In this document: positions 1 through 13,754 of the stretch, piece after piece
How the letters are laid out: each line of letters begins with the position of its first letter
How positions within the stretch are numbered: position 1 is the stretch's first letter
NCBI RefSeq assembly: GCF_000497125.1
Contig: NC_090599.1
Coordinates: 1,364,001 to 1,428,000 of the forward strand
Origin: Spironucleus salmonicida
Lineage: Eukaryota
Reading direction: 5' to 3'
Length of the DNA stretch: 64,000 nucleotides
The notes under the pieces: model-generated
Databases searched by the model: none
The model's input: only the letters and a program-made list of their open reading frames with translations
What the model was told of the DNA's origin: nothing
Program-made: the position numbers and the translations under genes

Positions 1-1
1 A

Positions 2-649
2 TAAAAATCATAGCGTGATATGTATGCGTATTTCCTTTCTAAAGCAATCATGTTATTGCCATAGGATATTCAACTTATAAATTATAATGAAATCCTTACT
101 ATAACAATTGAAGCAGATACAAAAAATTCTCATGGCAATACGAAATTTGCTCGCATGATTTTTAAAATTAGAGGCGGCTCTGAGAGTATTGAGTTAAGTA
201 AAGTTGAGACCGAAAAGGTAGAAATTATTATTAGTTTTATAAGAAGAAAGAATATTGCTAATCTGAAAATATATAATTAGTACAGAGAGGATGGTGGTAG
301 AGTTGTAGGATAAAAAGAGCTCGATAATGATTAAGATGATGAAGAGGATAGTGATTTTAATGAAACAAAGAGCGATGATTCTGCTGCACATTATGAATAT
401 AGTAGTGAGGGTGGTGATAGTGGTGACGAAGATAATTAAAAAACAGTTAAAGAAGTTGGTTAAGTTAAATAGAAACCAGAAAAGAAAGTTAGTAAAGATG
501 CATTTATGTTGTAAATTGATGAAATCGATAATGTTAAGCCTGAAGATGCACTGGAAGACATAGGTAGACCTATGGAATGGGCAGGTAAAATTAATACTAA
601 TCAAAATGATGGAAGCGACTATGGTTCTGCTGAAGAACCTAGTGATTGA
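2..649 (+). CDS. 5'-partial FACT subunit SSRP1/Pob3-like protein (PH-like domain plus acidic tail)
   Basis: Frame open to TGA 647-649 with TAA/TAG=Gln. YFLSKAIMLLPQDIQLINYNEI...IISFIRRKNIANLKI followed by DDEEDSDFNE resembles the end of the SSRP1 middle domain and its acidic region. Confidence 0.5.
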
Positions 650-2587
650 TCACATCCACTTTATCCTCTCAGCTTTTCTACGAACATCATACTACTTCTA
701 CTATTATTGAGTTTATATTATATCCTAATTTTTAAGTTAAGATAATGAACGTATATTTTAAAGATTGTTTATAGTTTAGCATAAATTTTAGTCTAAAAAT
801 TTATTTTAAGAAATTTCGTATATCTATGATTAAGATATCACTTGCTTATTAGAATTATCAGAGTTTTTAGAAGTTAATCTAGTAGATAAAATATTGATAA
901 GATCATTAGCTGAAGTAATGTTTAAAATATAATTCTAAACTTCATTTACACCTTAAAGATTCCTTGGAATTTTATAACCTAATTTTTACTCTAAAAATAT
1001 TAACTATTAATTTGAATAAGTTTAATTTAAATTATTATTAACTGTATTTTATTTTATCGGAGATTAATTTCTTTTAGGGAAAATCTACTCTAGCTCTTCT
1101 AAAAGTAGCGATGCAGAGTTGGTTTCATCAAGTTATTATACTACCATCGACCCACCCCTTTGTGGTTACATTTATAAATAATAACCCTCCAAATCATCTA
1201 AATTTCGCTGCACTGTCGATTCATAAATTTCTACCTGTTTAAACTCTAATTATTAAGGATTTTGTCTATTAAATTCTTTATTTGGTGGAAATAGTTATGG
1301 AGTCAATTTATTCTCTAATCTATGAATATTTTAATAAAAATATGAATAAAAAACCTGATATCCTTTGAATTTATCATAAAACCCAGACATATCATCCAAA
1401 ATTACTTTTTAATGAACGAAATCTTGTTTTATTGGCCCAATAAGATTATTAATTTCTGTATTAACCTGATAAAGTTGTTACGATTCATCTATTTACTTAA
1501 TTTTACATACTGATTAGTAAAAATAAAAATCTGTTGCTAAAAAACTACTAATATTTATTAAATTAGGATCGTATTAAGTGAGATTTTCAACTTCTACCAA
1601 TAAATTATTACTATTGATTTATACCGTAATTGAATCCTACATTTATTAAAGAGAAAAAATTGATGCCTTAACCTACAAAATAGAAAAAACTAATTCAAAT
1701 TTATTATTTTATCTGATAAGCTGTTGGTTATTATATAATTTTTGCTTGACAGCTTATTATTAAAAAATAAAAATTAATTAATTTTTATCAAAACATTATA
1801 CTGCAGTTTCAACTAGTATAAACTTAGACAGTTTCTATAGATAATTTTTAACAATTTTTATATCATTTCCATCTAAATAACGCTAAATATCTAACTAATT
1901 TTCTTTAATAAATTATAACAATTCTAAAAAATCATCTAAGGTATCATCTCTTACTTTATTGTATAAACTACAAAATAGAGAAATCTCTTTAGCTATAGAA
2001 ATATTTTCTAGACTATAGTTAGCAAAATACACATTATTAGTTATGTCAGTTATACATACTTCTACTTCAAATATAAGAACTGAAAAAACATTAATTTTAC
2101 CAAAAATCTAGAGAAATTTACTACTAGAGTCTATAAAAACAGGGTTAATAATATGAAATTGGTTATTAACTTACTCCAAAATCTAAAATGAGGTATAATT
2201 ATGGTTCTTTATTCGAAGCTCAAATGATGTAAAAATACTTTAACTATGTTAGGTAAAATTTTAAATTGCAAAATATGATAGTTTTTATGTTAATGTAAAA
2301 TTATCATTACAGGTAAAACTATAATTGATTAAAATACCGTTAATTTAGGTATTTTAAATAAGTTTTTTAACGATAATTTGTGATGGGGTAACAATTCGTA
2401 TATATAAAGTGTAAAGCTATTAAAAATTAAGAAAATTAGGCGTAATAAATTAATGTGATAGTTCATCATTTGGTATTGTTTCTAAATTTGATTCATATAA
2501 TATATTTTTTTATTAATAAATGGAAGATGCTATTAACTAAAATTATAACTATCCATCAGGTAGGTTAGAGAAAGATAGTTCAATCAT
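650..2587 (-). CDS. Hypothetical protein (~645 aa)
   Basis: ATG 2587 is in frame with TGA 650-652 and begins MIELSFSNLPDGQLQF. Its stop directly abuts the convergent gene's stop. Confidence 0.65.
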
Positions 2588-2683
2588 TTTAAAATTATTA
2601 TTAAAAATATGATATATTATTTAAATTACTTAAATTTAATTATAAAGATCATTTACAATATTGAATATATTCAACCTTTAATA

Positions 2684-2959
2684 ATGAAAAAACACCATAC
2701 AAGTTTCACTTAGAATGATTTTTAAGTATTATCCTCAGTTATAGTGAAACCATAGGTAGAAGTCATAAAAGTGGCACAATTCTCATAGAATACCCTTTAA
2801 ATTAAATCGTTTTCACCTTTAAGAACCATATTAAATTAAAGAAATTAATACCTTTTTAAAGTATCAAACTAAAATTGCTATAAAATGTAACGTCATAACA
2901 ATTAATCCTTAATTAAGCTATAGGCTGGTACATTTCGGTAAGCGATATATATGGATTGA
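2684..2959 (+). CDS. Hypothetical protein (91 aa)
   Basis: MKKHHTSFTQNDFQ...IYMD*, preceded by an AT-rich spacer. Confidence 0.5.
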
Positions 2960-2965
2960 AATAGT

Positions 2966-3364
2966 TCATTTTCTCACTGAAATCTTGCTATTCTAATATT
3001 TTTCAGCTAAAGATTAGTTATGCCTTTACTCGATTTATATATAATATTAATGGAATGGTCTATTTTAATTACACTTGACATATTAACGTTATAATGACTG
3101 TCCAGTAATTACTACTTGATCAAAATCTGATGTACTTAAACTTTTCAAAGAACTATTGTCAAATAATATTGATTATTAAAGTCTAGAAAGCCTGGATTAC
3201 TAAAATGATGATTATCTGCTCTACTCATTATGAATTTAATATATAGATTTTTAAAGCAAAATTATATAATCTTTATCTAATATTACTTAAGGTAGTTGAA
3301 CAAATAGTTGTAAATCAGAAACTTTTAATAGGCAAAGTTGATTCATACTAGTAAAATGTTTCAT
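2966..3364 (-). CDS. Hypothetical protein (132 aa)
   Basis: Fully translated open frame MKHFTSMNQLCLL...KISVRK*. Confidence 0.55.
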
Positions 3365-3466
3365 TTTTATAATATATCATTAATCAAGTATATAATCTAT
3401 TAATATCAAAATAATAGCTTATTATTGTATATAATATAATAATCTTTTCAACCTCCACTTTTCGAA

Positions 3467-4318
3467 ATGAAACCAAAGCATTTATTTACATTATAAGCAC
3501 ATAAAGGAGCTATTACATTAGTAAAAATAAATAAAAATATTATTTATGCATCTTCTACAGATGGTTCAATTTCACTCACTGATATTAAAGAGAAAGAATT
3601 TAAGTAAAGAATTTCTACTTAATCTCCTATTAATTCATTTATACTAGATCCGTTTATTGTAGCCACTGATAACTCTTTGTTATTATATGATTTAAATTTT
3701 AACGTACAGGCGTCTATAGTCTCAAAATCATCATTCACATCATTAGCATTTCTTCAACCTTACTTTGCATTAGCAGGTTGCGATGATGGATCTGCGAGGT
3801 TAGTTGACTCTAGAAGTTTAATTGAACTAGCTATTTTAAGAGGTCACTCTGCTCCAGTTTTATCTGTAGCTGCTTCCAATACTCATTTTTTTACAGGAGG
3901 CCATGATGCAAAAATAATTAAATGGGACTAATTTGGTACTGCTATTTAAACCATGTAAGTAAAATCACCTGTCTCAGGGCTTGTCATCAGTAAAAATAAT
4001 TAATTTTTACTAGCAAGCACAGTTGGAGGAGGTATTTGGTTAATAAACATTTAATAATCTTTTTAGCTAGTGAAAAAATGGGGAGCAGGCGGTGATAAAT
4101 ATTTATAAAACTCTTTATTTTTTACCATAAATAACAGTCAAAAAGTAATATGTGGATCTAATAATAAAGTCTAATTTATTGATGTTAAGTATGGTACAAT
4201 TTAAGAGTTTGAGGATTTAGATGTAGAAAACTAGGCTATTTTTTCATGCGACTGTAATGGAACTCATTTGGTTATTGGAGGAGAATCTTGTCGACTAGGT
4301 GTGTATGAATTTGAGTGA
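3467..4318 (+). CDS. WD40-repeat protein, WDR5/Swd3-like (283 aa)
   Basis: LQAHKGAIT..., LRGHSAPVLSV...TGGHDAKIIKWD repeats. Stop lies in GAGTGA and CCACT precedes the ATG. Confidence 0.8.
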
Positions 4319-4319
4319 T

Positions 4320-5633
4320 TCACATTATTGATTTGTCTAATCCTTATATTCTAATGCGGAGTATGTCTAAGTCAATTTCTTAAATCTATTTTTTTTCAAC
4401 CAATCTTTCTTACACAAATTGTTTGCGAAGAACATCTTTTAAAGAATTTTACGAACCGTTAAGAGCATTAATACGTTCGTTTTCTGATTTAGCTTATTTC
4501 TTTAGAAGTTTTTGTTTTCTATTAATAAGATAATTAGTTTTAGTAATCTTTGGATCTTCAATAAGCTAAGATTTATATAATTATGTTATACTCAACAATG
4601 TTTAATCACAATCTAAATCTTTATGTATTAAAGATTAAAGAAATATTGATTCTTAAATCTGCTTAAGATCAATTTATGACTTTAACTAACTTTTTGGCCA
4701 TAGTGATTCTAATTTTAAATCTTTTACTGAACTCTTATACAATGATTTTTATAAATTTTTGATTTAGGCTACTTATTTAAATCGTACTTCTTCGTCGGAA
4801 AATAATTAATTACAAGGCTTTAATTAATATCTAATACTAGTCTACCATTTAATTGGCTATTAAATGATACCAGATTATGTGAGTTTTTATGCTTACCGAT
4901 TCATTTTAGTTAATCTATTTAGTTCACTTTTATCTTACTCAGCTAAGTTTTCATTAAATTCTTTAATTTAGATTGATTTAAGCTCAAATAATGGTTCCAC
5001 TTATAATTATACAAAATCTTACAGCTATATAATATTTTAATATCGCTTTTGAAGAATAGATGATATATCTAATTCAAATGACAATTTTCTGGCCAAATTT
5101 TGCTTCTTAGCTTCTAGTAAATACAACTAATCTGCATATTTTAAAAATTTAGCAGCAGTGGTAATTTTTAAGTTAGTAGATCGTAGTAATTAAGTTATTT
5201 GATCTTATAATTATGATTTAATAGATAAATCTTTAAACCTTAAATATAAATCAAAAAATGCTTTTTTAAGGTCATTAATACAGATACATCTTTACTAATT
5301 AATTTTTTTCATTTCGCCATAACTTGACATAGATATATTTTAAGTATTTAATAGTTCAACTAATTCAATCGGCTAATTCACAAAAGCATATTCATCCGAT
5401 GATACACCATTCGAACAAATTTAATTAAAAAAATATCTACATAATATGCATCTAAACTCCTACTCTATTATGTCTATAATTTATAATGCTTTGTAGATAT
5501 TTTGCTCCTTAATATATTTAGTATAATCAGATTATACTGATTATTAAAATCCAAGTCTGTAAAGTGTGACTCTTGAACGTGGAGAAGAAATAGAAAGATA
5601 GTTTTCAGTTTCTTAATCAGAAAACGATGTCAT
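4320..5633 (-). CDS. Hypothetical coiled-coil-rich protein (~437 aa)
   Basis: ATG 5633 (MTSFSDQETENYLSISSPRS) is in frame with TGA 4320-4322 (...GLDKSIM*). Confidence 0.6.
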
Positions 5634-5747
5634 TAGAAAGACACTTATTTTTTCATATAATAATCATATATTTTATAAAAATAATTATATAAATAATATT
5701 TTTTTTTACTAACTTCTATTTTTGCATTTCCGCGTTCACTTTATAAA

Positions 5748-6617
5748 ATGTACAACAAGTACTTTGTACCTCATTAAAATTCTGGAATTCTTCATTCCGA
5801 GCATGTGAGAAGATTAGAAGGCGTTTAAAGGCGTTTATTATAAGTTGAAAAGGAGCCTGTAGCTAGATCATCATTAGAGTTCTACAACCCAAATGACGCA
5901 TTTTTACTAAATTAAGATCTCTATAGAATTAATAGAACTGAATATTTAACTAGAACTTCATCTAAAAAATATCCTTATGCACAGGAACTAAGATAGATTT
6001 CTAGAAGAATTGAAGAAACAATATTTGGCGTACCTTTCAAACCTAAGCCTAAGTTTGTTGATTTTTATTGGACTCCATAAGTAGGTCATTAAACTAAAGA
6101 TCCATTAGACTACTCTAAGAAACTTTACAACAATAGGAGAGTTTAAAATTCTTACTATTTTAATCATTCTAAGAATAACTAAGTTTAGTAAACTATTGAT
6201 TATGGTGTTAACATACCTGCTAGACCTTATTCAAATTCCCCTTCACCGGAAATATGTCTCACAGAATCTGAACGTGACCGCCTAATCAACCAAGTTTAGA
6301 AAAGTTATGGCGAACCTGTACAAGAGATGAACAGATAATAATTAAGACAAGATAATATGAAAAATGAAATGTAACATCAGAAATAAGGAACACCATCACC
6401 CCCAAGAATGTAAACACTAGAAGCTTCTTTACGTGACTCAATAAGACAAGATACAGGGAACAGAAGTCTTTTGAAAGCTAATGACTATCTAAATCCAGAC
6501 TTCGAACATGCCAATGACTATAATTCCAAAACTGCTCATGTAGCAGCTCTATATAGACAAAATAGAGTAATGGATCAGTCAATTAATGAATCTAGGTTTG
6601 TAGAATAATACTAGTGA
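5748..6617 (+). CDS. Hypothetical protein (289 aa)
   Basis: MYNKYFVPHQNSGILHSEHVRRLEG...FVEQYQ*. TCACT precedes the ATG and the stop lies in TAGTGA. Confidence 0.75.
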
Positions 6618-6629
6618 AAATTTTTAACC

Positions 6630-7955
6630 TCATACTTTATATCCACCTTCACCAACGAAAACCCAGTTCTCTTTTATATCCCCACCAATTACTGCAAATG
6701 CTCCTTTTTTTTCGTTCCCATAAAACTCTCGTATTTCTTGTTCCACACATCCACATAAAAACACACTTTGCATAATATTATTAACCCAAAATAATACACA
6801 CACTTGGTCTGCATTTTTAGTCTTCTTAAAAATTAAATTCACAACTTTAAGCAATTCGACCTATTCAGTTAATTCTACTTTAAGTAACTCTAAACTAGTT
6901 TTTATTTTATTTTTACCTTAAAAACTATCAACAAATTCGTTATTAACCTTTGAAAACGAACTTACAACACAACGTTTAAAAGTCATTGTTTTAAGAATAT
7001 TTTAAAGATCCAAAAGGGCAGTTTCTTACAAAAATACCATTAAAACTGGATCAGTTGCTAATAAATCTCTAGTTCTCTAATTTATAAATTCGTTTGTTCG
7101 ATTTTAGTAAATTTTCTCGTCAAAAATATCAATTTTTCCACAATCAAAATCTGTTGAACTTTAAATAAAAATTTTTGTAATTTATTATATATTATTAGCA
7201 AATGTAGATTTCATCCCTTCTATCTTCAAAACTTTTAAAATAAGATTCTCAATATCAAAACTACTTATTTCAAGCATACAAAAATTTCTTAGCTACTATA
7301 TTTAATCTTATAATAAGGTTATGTCAGGAATTAATGATTTCGCTCCTTTTATTTTTCTTGCTGAATTGTTGACAGTTTTAGCAATTTTAGTGTAAATTAA
7401 GTGCAAATCATCTTCTGGAAGTGATTCAAACTGTGCTAAATTATAGGCAAATTCTTTATATTTTAATAATTACTAGGATAGTTATTGAATTTTTCTTGTT
7501 GAATCATAATTCAATTCTTTCTCGTTTTCGAGCTCCTATGCCAAAAACTCGCATTTTTAGTGCTTTTGGAGTTACTATTTAAGATTTTCATTTTCTTATT
7601 ATAATTATGTTGATCTCAATTATAGCTATTTATTTTCTTATTGCAATTACTATATCATATCAGTGTCTGATTTTTACTATATCAGCTAAGATTTCTGTTG
7701 GTTTGGATTTTGAGAGCTGGGATCAAAATCAGCAAATTTTTGATCTTCTTGGAACCTAATACGTTCTTATTCTTATAATGGTAATTACTTTCTGAGCTTC
7801 TTTGTTTGCTTTGCTTAGTTTGAAAACTGTTAGAATGTATGATCTGGAAGGCGCTGTTAAGTTTATAATAGATATCTTAGCTAAATTTCTGATAGCTTAT
7901 CTTAAGGTTGTGATGAAAAATTTCTTATTAACAAATAAAGAAGATAATCATCCAT
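6630..7955 (-). CDS. Hypothetical protein (~441 aa)
   Basis: MDDYLLYLLIRNFSS... is in frame with track ORF 6630-6854 (...WVFVGEGGYKV*). Confidence 0.7.
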
Positions 7956-8013
7956 TTTTTGATAGATTTAATTGTTATATTTATATAATAATGTTAGTAA
8001 TGAAAATTTAAAA

Positions 8014-9075
8014 ATGACATTTGATATATTAGGTTTCAACATTCCCGATAAGATGGATTTAATTAGAGTCAAAAATAATATAATTTATTATAAAAACTTA
8101 AATGACTAATTTGATTTGTAATTAGACTTTGTTCATACTTCTTCATAGTAGCTAGATATGTTAAAGAATAAACTATTTGATTTAGTTTAAACTGAACTAT
8201 TGACAAATAAAGAAGTTAATATTATTATTTTAGAAAAATCTGATTTTCTTTAAAATAATTTATTAAACATTCTTATTGAAGATTTAATTGATACTTATGA
8301 TATTTAAGTGAAGCTTGATATGGAATACTAGGTTACAGACTTATTAGATTTATAATCAGTTTAAGTTAAAGCAAATTTAGAACACTTCACAAATATTTAG
8401 TTAATTATTTAAAAATAATTATTAATAAAAATTACCAAAATTTCAGATATTTCTAGTTTAAGTTAATCAGAATAAATATAATATATTAATGATTAGTTAT
8501 TGTCTCATAGCGATCAAAGTAATTATTTACTTGTTGATTTTAGAAATTTAAGTGTAGTTAATGCTAAAAAGCTTCTAGGCAAAGTATTATATTTTTAAAC
8601 CAAACATTATACCTTTTTAAAAAATCAACAAGAAACGTTATACGATAGTTAGAAAAGGTAAAATTAAGCGCTTAATATTTATTCAAAGCAAGTTTTATAT
8701 AATGTTGTAAGTGCTATAATTTAATAGTGTTTTGATGTTGAACAGCATATAATAAGGAAAATCTTTGGAATTTAAACAGAATTAACTATAATTTAAATTA
8801 TACTGTCATAATAATAAATAGAATAGATATAAAAATAAGGTACAATATAAAGTTCTGTCATATTTATATTAATTAATATTCTTCCTCTAATAAAAAATTA
8901 AATAAGAGATTATTAGGATATTCTAGTAGAAATAGAGGATTTTGATGTTTCTTTTTCACTTCCATTGACACCAACATTAACAGAAAATTTATCGTTTACC
9001 AGTAATAAACTATAATAAATTAAGCATAATAATTTAGCAATTATCAATAAAATTAAAAGATTATAAATTGAATGA
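8014..9075 (+). CDS. Hypothetical protein (~353 aa)
   Basis: MTFDILGFNIPDKMDLIRV...KRLQIE*, open under the TGA-only code. Confidence 0.65.
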
Positions 9076-9134
9076 GTAATTATTGATTATTTATATATTA
9101 TTATGATTATGATTAATATTATATTTTCAATAAA

Positions 9135-10403
9135 ATGAATTAGCCAAATAATCCAAACAATAGCCTTTATGATCTAGAGAGCTTTTAGAGCATTACTAGC
9201 TACAATATTAATAAATAAAACATTGAAACATTATCAGCAACATAATAACGTATGCGATAATTATAAACTCGATTAAATAGGAAATAAACATAAGATGCAA
9301 CTGTAGTATTATAGGACCTTGCAACGAATCAAAATAATAAAGATAGTACCATAGATGAATAAATTATTGAAAAATTACCATCAATACTTACTTCATTATA
9401 AGATCCTTCTACAGATTATGCCGTTGATCAATAGACAGAGTATCAATAAGTAGTAGACGATAAAATATCTAAATTATAATACAATCAAGATAATTTTATT
9501 ACAAAATAAACATTTTCGATTTTTTAAAATAGTGTAGAATCAATTTTAAGTGACCTAGTCCAATAATTAGAATTATAAAAACACCATATTCTACATTTAG
9601 AATAGGATAATTAAGAATTAAAAAACGAAATAATACTTATAAAAATATCTCAAAAGAAATTGGTAGGTCCTGAAATTAGGTTTATCTTTGAACTTTAAGG
9701 CTCGATCTTTACTATTGATGAAAGGGGATCATTATTTAATAATGGTAATATACTGTTTAATATGACTTAAACTGATGTATCTAGTGTATTCTGTGATTAA
9801 ACTTCTTTTATAGTAGTAATAGGTGAAATTCTGATGCATATCGACTTTAGCGGTGCCGTGCGATAGGAACTGCATTTTAACGCGATCACGTGCGCACTCC
9901 TGTACCAGGGAAGTCCACTGGCGGTTGAGGGCAATATGCTACACTTCAAGGGCCGGACAGTGTAGCTTGGATTTTACCCCGTTGGGGGTACGCAGGTTAC
10001 GCACCAGTCTAAAGACATTCTGGTGCTCTACGACACGGATCAGCTATACTTCTACTCCCTGATCTAGGAGAAGCTGCTGGTTGTGCTGCCGGGCCTATCG
10101 GGAATCCACATCGTGAAGTGCCTCGCGGGGCAGCTGTTCGTGCAGATTGGGAGTAGCGTGCTCCACGTGGATCTCGAGCTATTCGGCGTGGTGCGGCAGT
10201 TCGACTGTGAGAGCCCTATAGTGACCTTCGGGTGTGCGGACGGGCAGCTGGTGGTGCTGTGCGCGGACGGCATCAAGTACGAGTTTCAGGCCGCTAGGGT
10301 CATAAAGACGCGTCTGGCAGAGGAAATCCTTTGCGGAGTCGTTGGAGCTGCCCAGCTGGCCTTCCTGGGGGATGCAGGCTACTCCACACTGCCGCTGAAG
10401 TGA
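9135..10403 (+). CDS. Hypothetical protein with N-terminal coiled coil and beta-rich C-terminus (422 aa)
   Basis: Continuous frame read from ATG 9135 across the AT-to-GC transition (~9840) into track ORF 10083-10403. Stop lies in AAGTGA. Confidence 0.75.
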
Positions 10404-10461
10404 GGTTCGATACACTCCCTATCCATACAGTACCCAGCAACCCTCCCTATTCCCTTCCGCA

Positions 10462-11958
10462 ATGCTAGACTTCGCACGCAACCTGCGCCAGTCCCTGGGC
10501 GACGCGCTGAAGTTCGCCGACCATGCAACCCTCGCGGGATTCGACACTGAGTTCTCCTCGGAGCAGCCCCAGTTTGCGAACCCCTTCGACGCACCGGAGG
10601 TAATCTTCGCCACCGCGGCGGCCCTCGCGAACAGCGGTTGCCTGCTGCAGGTTGGGATCTCCATGCTGGACAGCAAAGGTGAGAGCTCCACCTGCTCGGT
10701 GTTCGTATGCCAACATGACGCCAAGATCAGCATCTCTGCCCTGAACTTCCTCGCCGGGAACGACTTCGACTTCAAACAGTACAGCACCCAGAGCCTGCGC
10801 GTCGGGATAGACTACGAGTGCGAGATAGCATTCTGGCGGAAGACGATGGGCGAGCCCGACGAAGAGGCGTTCGAGGGCTTCCCAGCGGGATACGGTGAGA
10901 TTGCCCAGAGACTCAAACAGGAGGAGATCGATTTCGGCATAGAACTGGACATCGGCCACTTTCTCCGCATGAAGCGGATGCAGCACAGCTTCCTTGCTCA
11001 CGAGGGCGTAGAGCAGGTGGTGAGCATCGTTCCGGCGCTGTACCCCTCCCGGGGCGCGGGAAAAATTCTGCTGCATGTGCGCGTTGTAGATAGTCCCGCG
11101 CGGCGCCGCCAGCTGCTCGCGGAGTCAGTCGGCCACATTGAGCTCGACCTGAAGCACATCATGCTTGTGTTCCAGCGTCTTGCCCAGCGTCGCGTACGTA
11201 CAGTGGGGTTCTAGGCGCTCACGGACTGTCTGCTGCTCCATAACGCCTTTCTGGGCAAGAAGCTCAGCTCCTACAGCAGGTTCATGGCAGACATTTTCGG
11301 CATCATCCCCAACTTTCTGGATGTGCTGCTCGTCCTGCAGCACCCGAACACGCAGGTCCTCCTCTAGCAGATCGCATCCAAGGTGAAGCGCGTACAGCCG
11401 AACAAGTCACTCTCTGGGTACTTCCACGTCCTATACGGCGCCGGAGACTCGCATGCTCACGACGCAGGCTACGACGCACTGATGACAGTGCGTGTGTACG
11501 ACTGCCTCTGCAGGTAGCAGGCGACCAACTGCTTCAAGGTCAAGAACGCGCAGAAGTTCGACGAGGTGCGGTTTGAGTGCTATGCGAATTCCTTCACGAC
11601 GTACCGCTGCTTCAACCTCCTCCAGCAGACGCCAGCGCCGGTGAGGCACAGCATGTACCCTCTTGCGAAGTTCCCCGGCAAGAAGGCCGACTACAGCGTG
11701 CAGCAGGCCGTTAAGGACCGGGCATGCGTGGCCAACTTGCTGCAGGGCACCCAAATCGGGGTCGTGTACAGCGAGGTTGCACTGCCGGAGGCGAGGCGGG
11801 CGTGGGTATTCAACCGGGATGGGCGGGTCCGGCACAGGTGGCTGAAATGGCTTGTGGGCGACTAGGTGATAGACGGTAAGTTCGCGAGCATTTTGACCCC
11901 TACCGCGGCCAGGAAGGTATTTGAGGCGGTTGAGCTGCGCAAGGGAAGCGCGAAGTGA
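10462..11958 (+). CDS. CAF1-family DEDDh deadenylase, PARN-like (498 aa)
   Basis: FDTEF (ExoI), LQVGIS, ALNFLAGNDFDF, VGFQALTD (ExoII), HDAGYDALMT (ExoIII). Track ORFs 10462-11214 and 11566-11865 join when TAG=Gln. Confidence 0.85.
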
Positions 11959-11963
11959 AGTGA
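11954..11963 (+). terminator. AGTGA putative polyadenylation signal overlapping the TGA stop (tandem example)
   Basis: AAGTGAAGTGA here. AGTGA coincides with the stop of about 20 genes, e.g. 4314, 6613, 10399, 19554, 22937, 26489, 32943, 37719, 40429, 46071, 48309, 51631, and on the minus strand 21420, 23099, 26504, 40443, 41500, 48330, 60647. Confidence 0.7.
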
Positions 11964-11987
11964 TTGTAAATTAACTAAAAATTAATG

Positions 11988-13229
11988 TCAGAACTTTATA
12001 TCGCTATCAAGGATAGCATATTAACTGTTTGGTATTTTCTTCAAATCTGAGGGGAGGGGTATCATAGGACTATTAAGCATTTCATCAATAGCCTGACATG
12101 TTTCAAGCTCTGCAGGGCCTGATTAAAAGGTAATAGCCAAACCTTTATGCCCAAATCTTCCACATCGACCAATCCTATGAAGATAATCATCTGCATACCT
12201 AGGGACATCAAAATTAATAACAACATTTACGGTACGAATATCAATTCCTCTCGTATACAAATCTGTTGCCACTAAAATTCTAGTGTTTTATTAGGAGAAC
12301 TCATGAAATACTTTAGAACGTTCAAATTATGTTAGTTTAGAATGGACAAATGAAGAAGGAATTTCAAGTTAGCTTTACACTAGATGATGTATTTGTTCGC
12401 ATCTTTAAGTAGAATTAACAAAAATAATCGCCTAACGAATCTATAAATGTTTAAATAGTATCATAAGTAACTTAAACTTAAGATCTTATTAACGTACCTA
12501 AGCTACATATTGAGTAATACCAGAAAGAGTCAATTTGTCTTATTGACAGTTTATAAATTCTGGATTAGTCATATGTAATTAGGTAAATTGTTATACTTCT
12601 GATTAATATGTTGCTGAGAATATCATTGTTTAGTGGTCTTTGTGCATATGACTTTTAATAATTAGCAAGTCGGCTAATGGCTCATGTTGTTGAATTATTT
12701 TATCCGCTTCATCAGCAACTAAAATTTTAGTCTAACTTAAATTTATTAATTTTTCTTGCAAAAAAACTCTGAGTTTTAGGGTTGTTGCAATTAAAATTGA
12801 AGGGTTATATTAATTTATACGCATTATATCATCTCCATGTGAGTTTCCCCCGACTAAGCACATAACTCTATTTTAAACACCATTAACTAATTTTCCTAAA
12901 TTCTACGTAACAGATGATATTTACATGGCAAGCTCCCTTGTATTTACAACAATTACTGCTTGTATAGTATTAATTTATGGTTTTATTTAATTTAATATTG
13001 GTATTAAAAAAGCTCCTGTTTTTCCTGTACCATTTTTAGCTCTCGCAACTATATCAACAAGAGTTAGGGCAATTGGTATAGTTTTTTCTTAAATTGGTGT
13101 TGCTGTAATAAAATTTACAGCTTGAAGGGAGGTAACAAGATATGGTTTTAAATTAAGCTAAGAAAATTTTACTCCTGAGCCTCTGATGTCTTCTGTTTAT
13201 TCACGATTGTCTTAGGTAGGTAAAGACAT
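11988..13229 (-). CDS. DDX6: DEAD-box RNA helicase DDX6/Dhh1 (413 aa)
   Basis: [65 protein letters not shown]. Confidence 0.9.
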
Positions 13230-13754
13230 ATTTAATCGAGAAAAGGAAATAAACATGATTCTATAAATAATTATATAATAATTATATTTATAATTATTTA
13301 AGAGATTTCAAAAAATAAAAAATATTCATAATAATATAGTATATTTTTAGAAATATACATGGTTGATTAATATAACTATATATGATATTTTATGAAACCA
13401 GGTTGCTATAAAAATTAGTAACATGGTCTACTTATATGTTAAATCTATAAACTATATACTTTATATTATGTTGTGTAATATTATTCGTACCTATATCAAA
13501 AAGCAAATCATTAAATATTTTAGCATATTTTACAATAGAATAATTTTAATCAATGGATACTAGAAATATCATTTAAAATAGAAATCATGCAAGTTTTAAT
13601 TTATGTAAATTAATTATTATCCTAATATTTTCAGTGACAACTAATAATTTAATAAAAGTAAAAATATAATATAAAATTGTGTTATATTATAATCATATAA
13701 TTTTGATATTGTATTAATATATCTATATATTGAATTTGCAAATTTATATAAAAT

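Noticed and set aside
8014-9075. Degenerate kinesin motor domain
   Set aside because: Only a vague size and pattern impression; no P-loop, SSRSH or DLAGSE motifs.
10064-11845. Many overlapping and antisense track ORFs in GC-rich zones (also 20598-21264, 33555-34221, 60724-61454)
   Set aside because: These are shadow frames of real genes caused by GC-rich codon usage and contain no motifs.
9840-11960. GC islands as bacterial contamination or recent HGT
   Set aside because: They encode eukaryotic families, use TAG as Gln, and are in frame with AT-rich host sequence.
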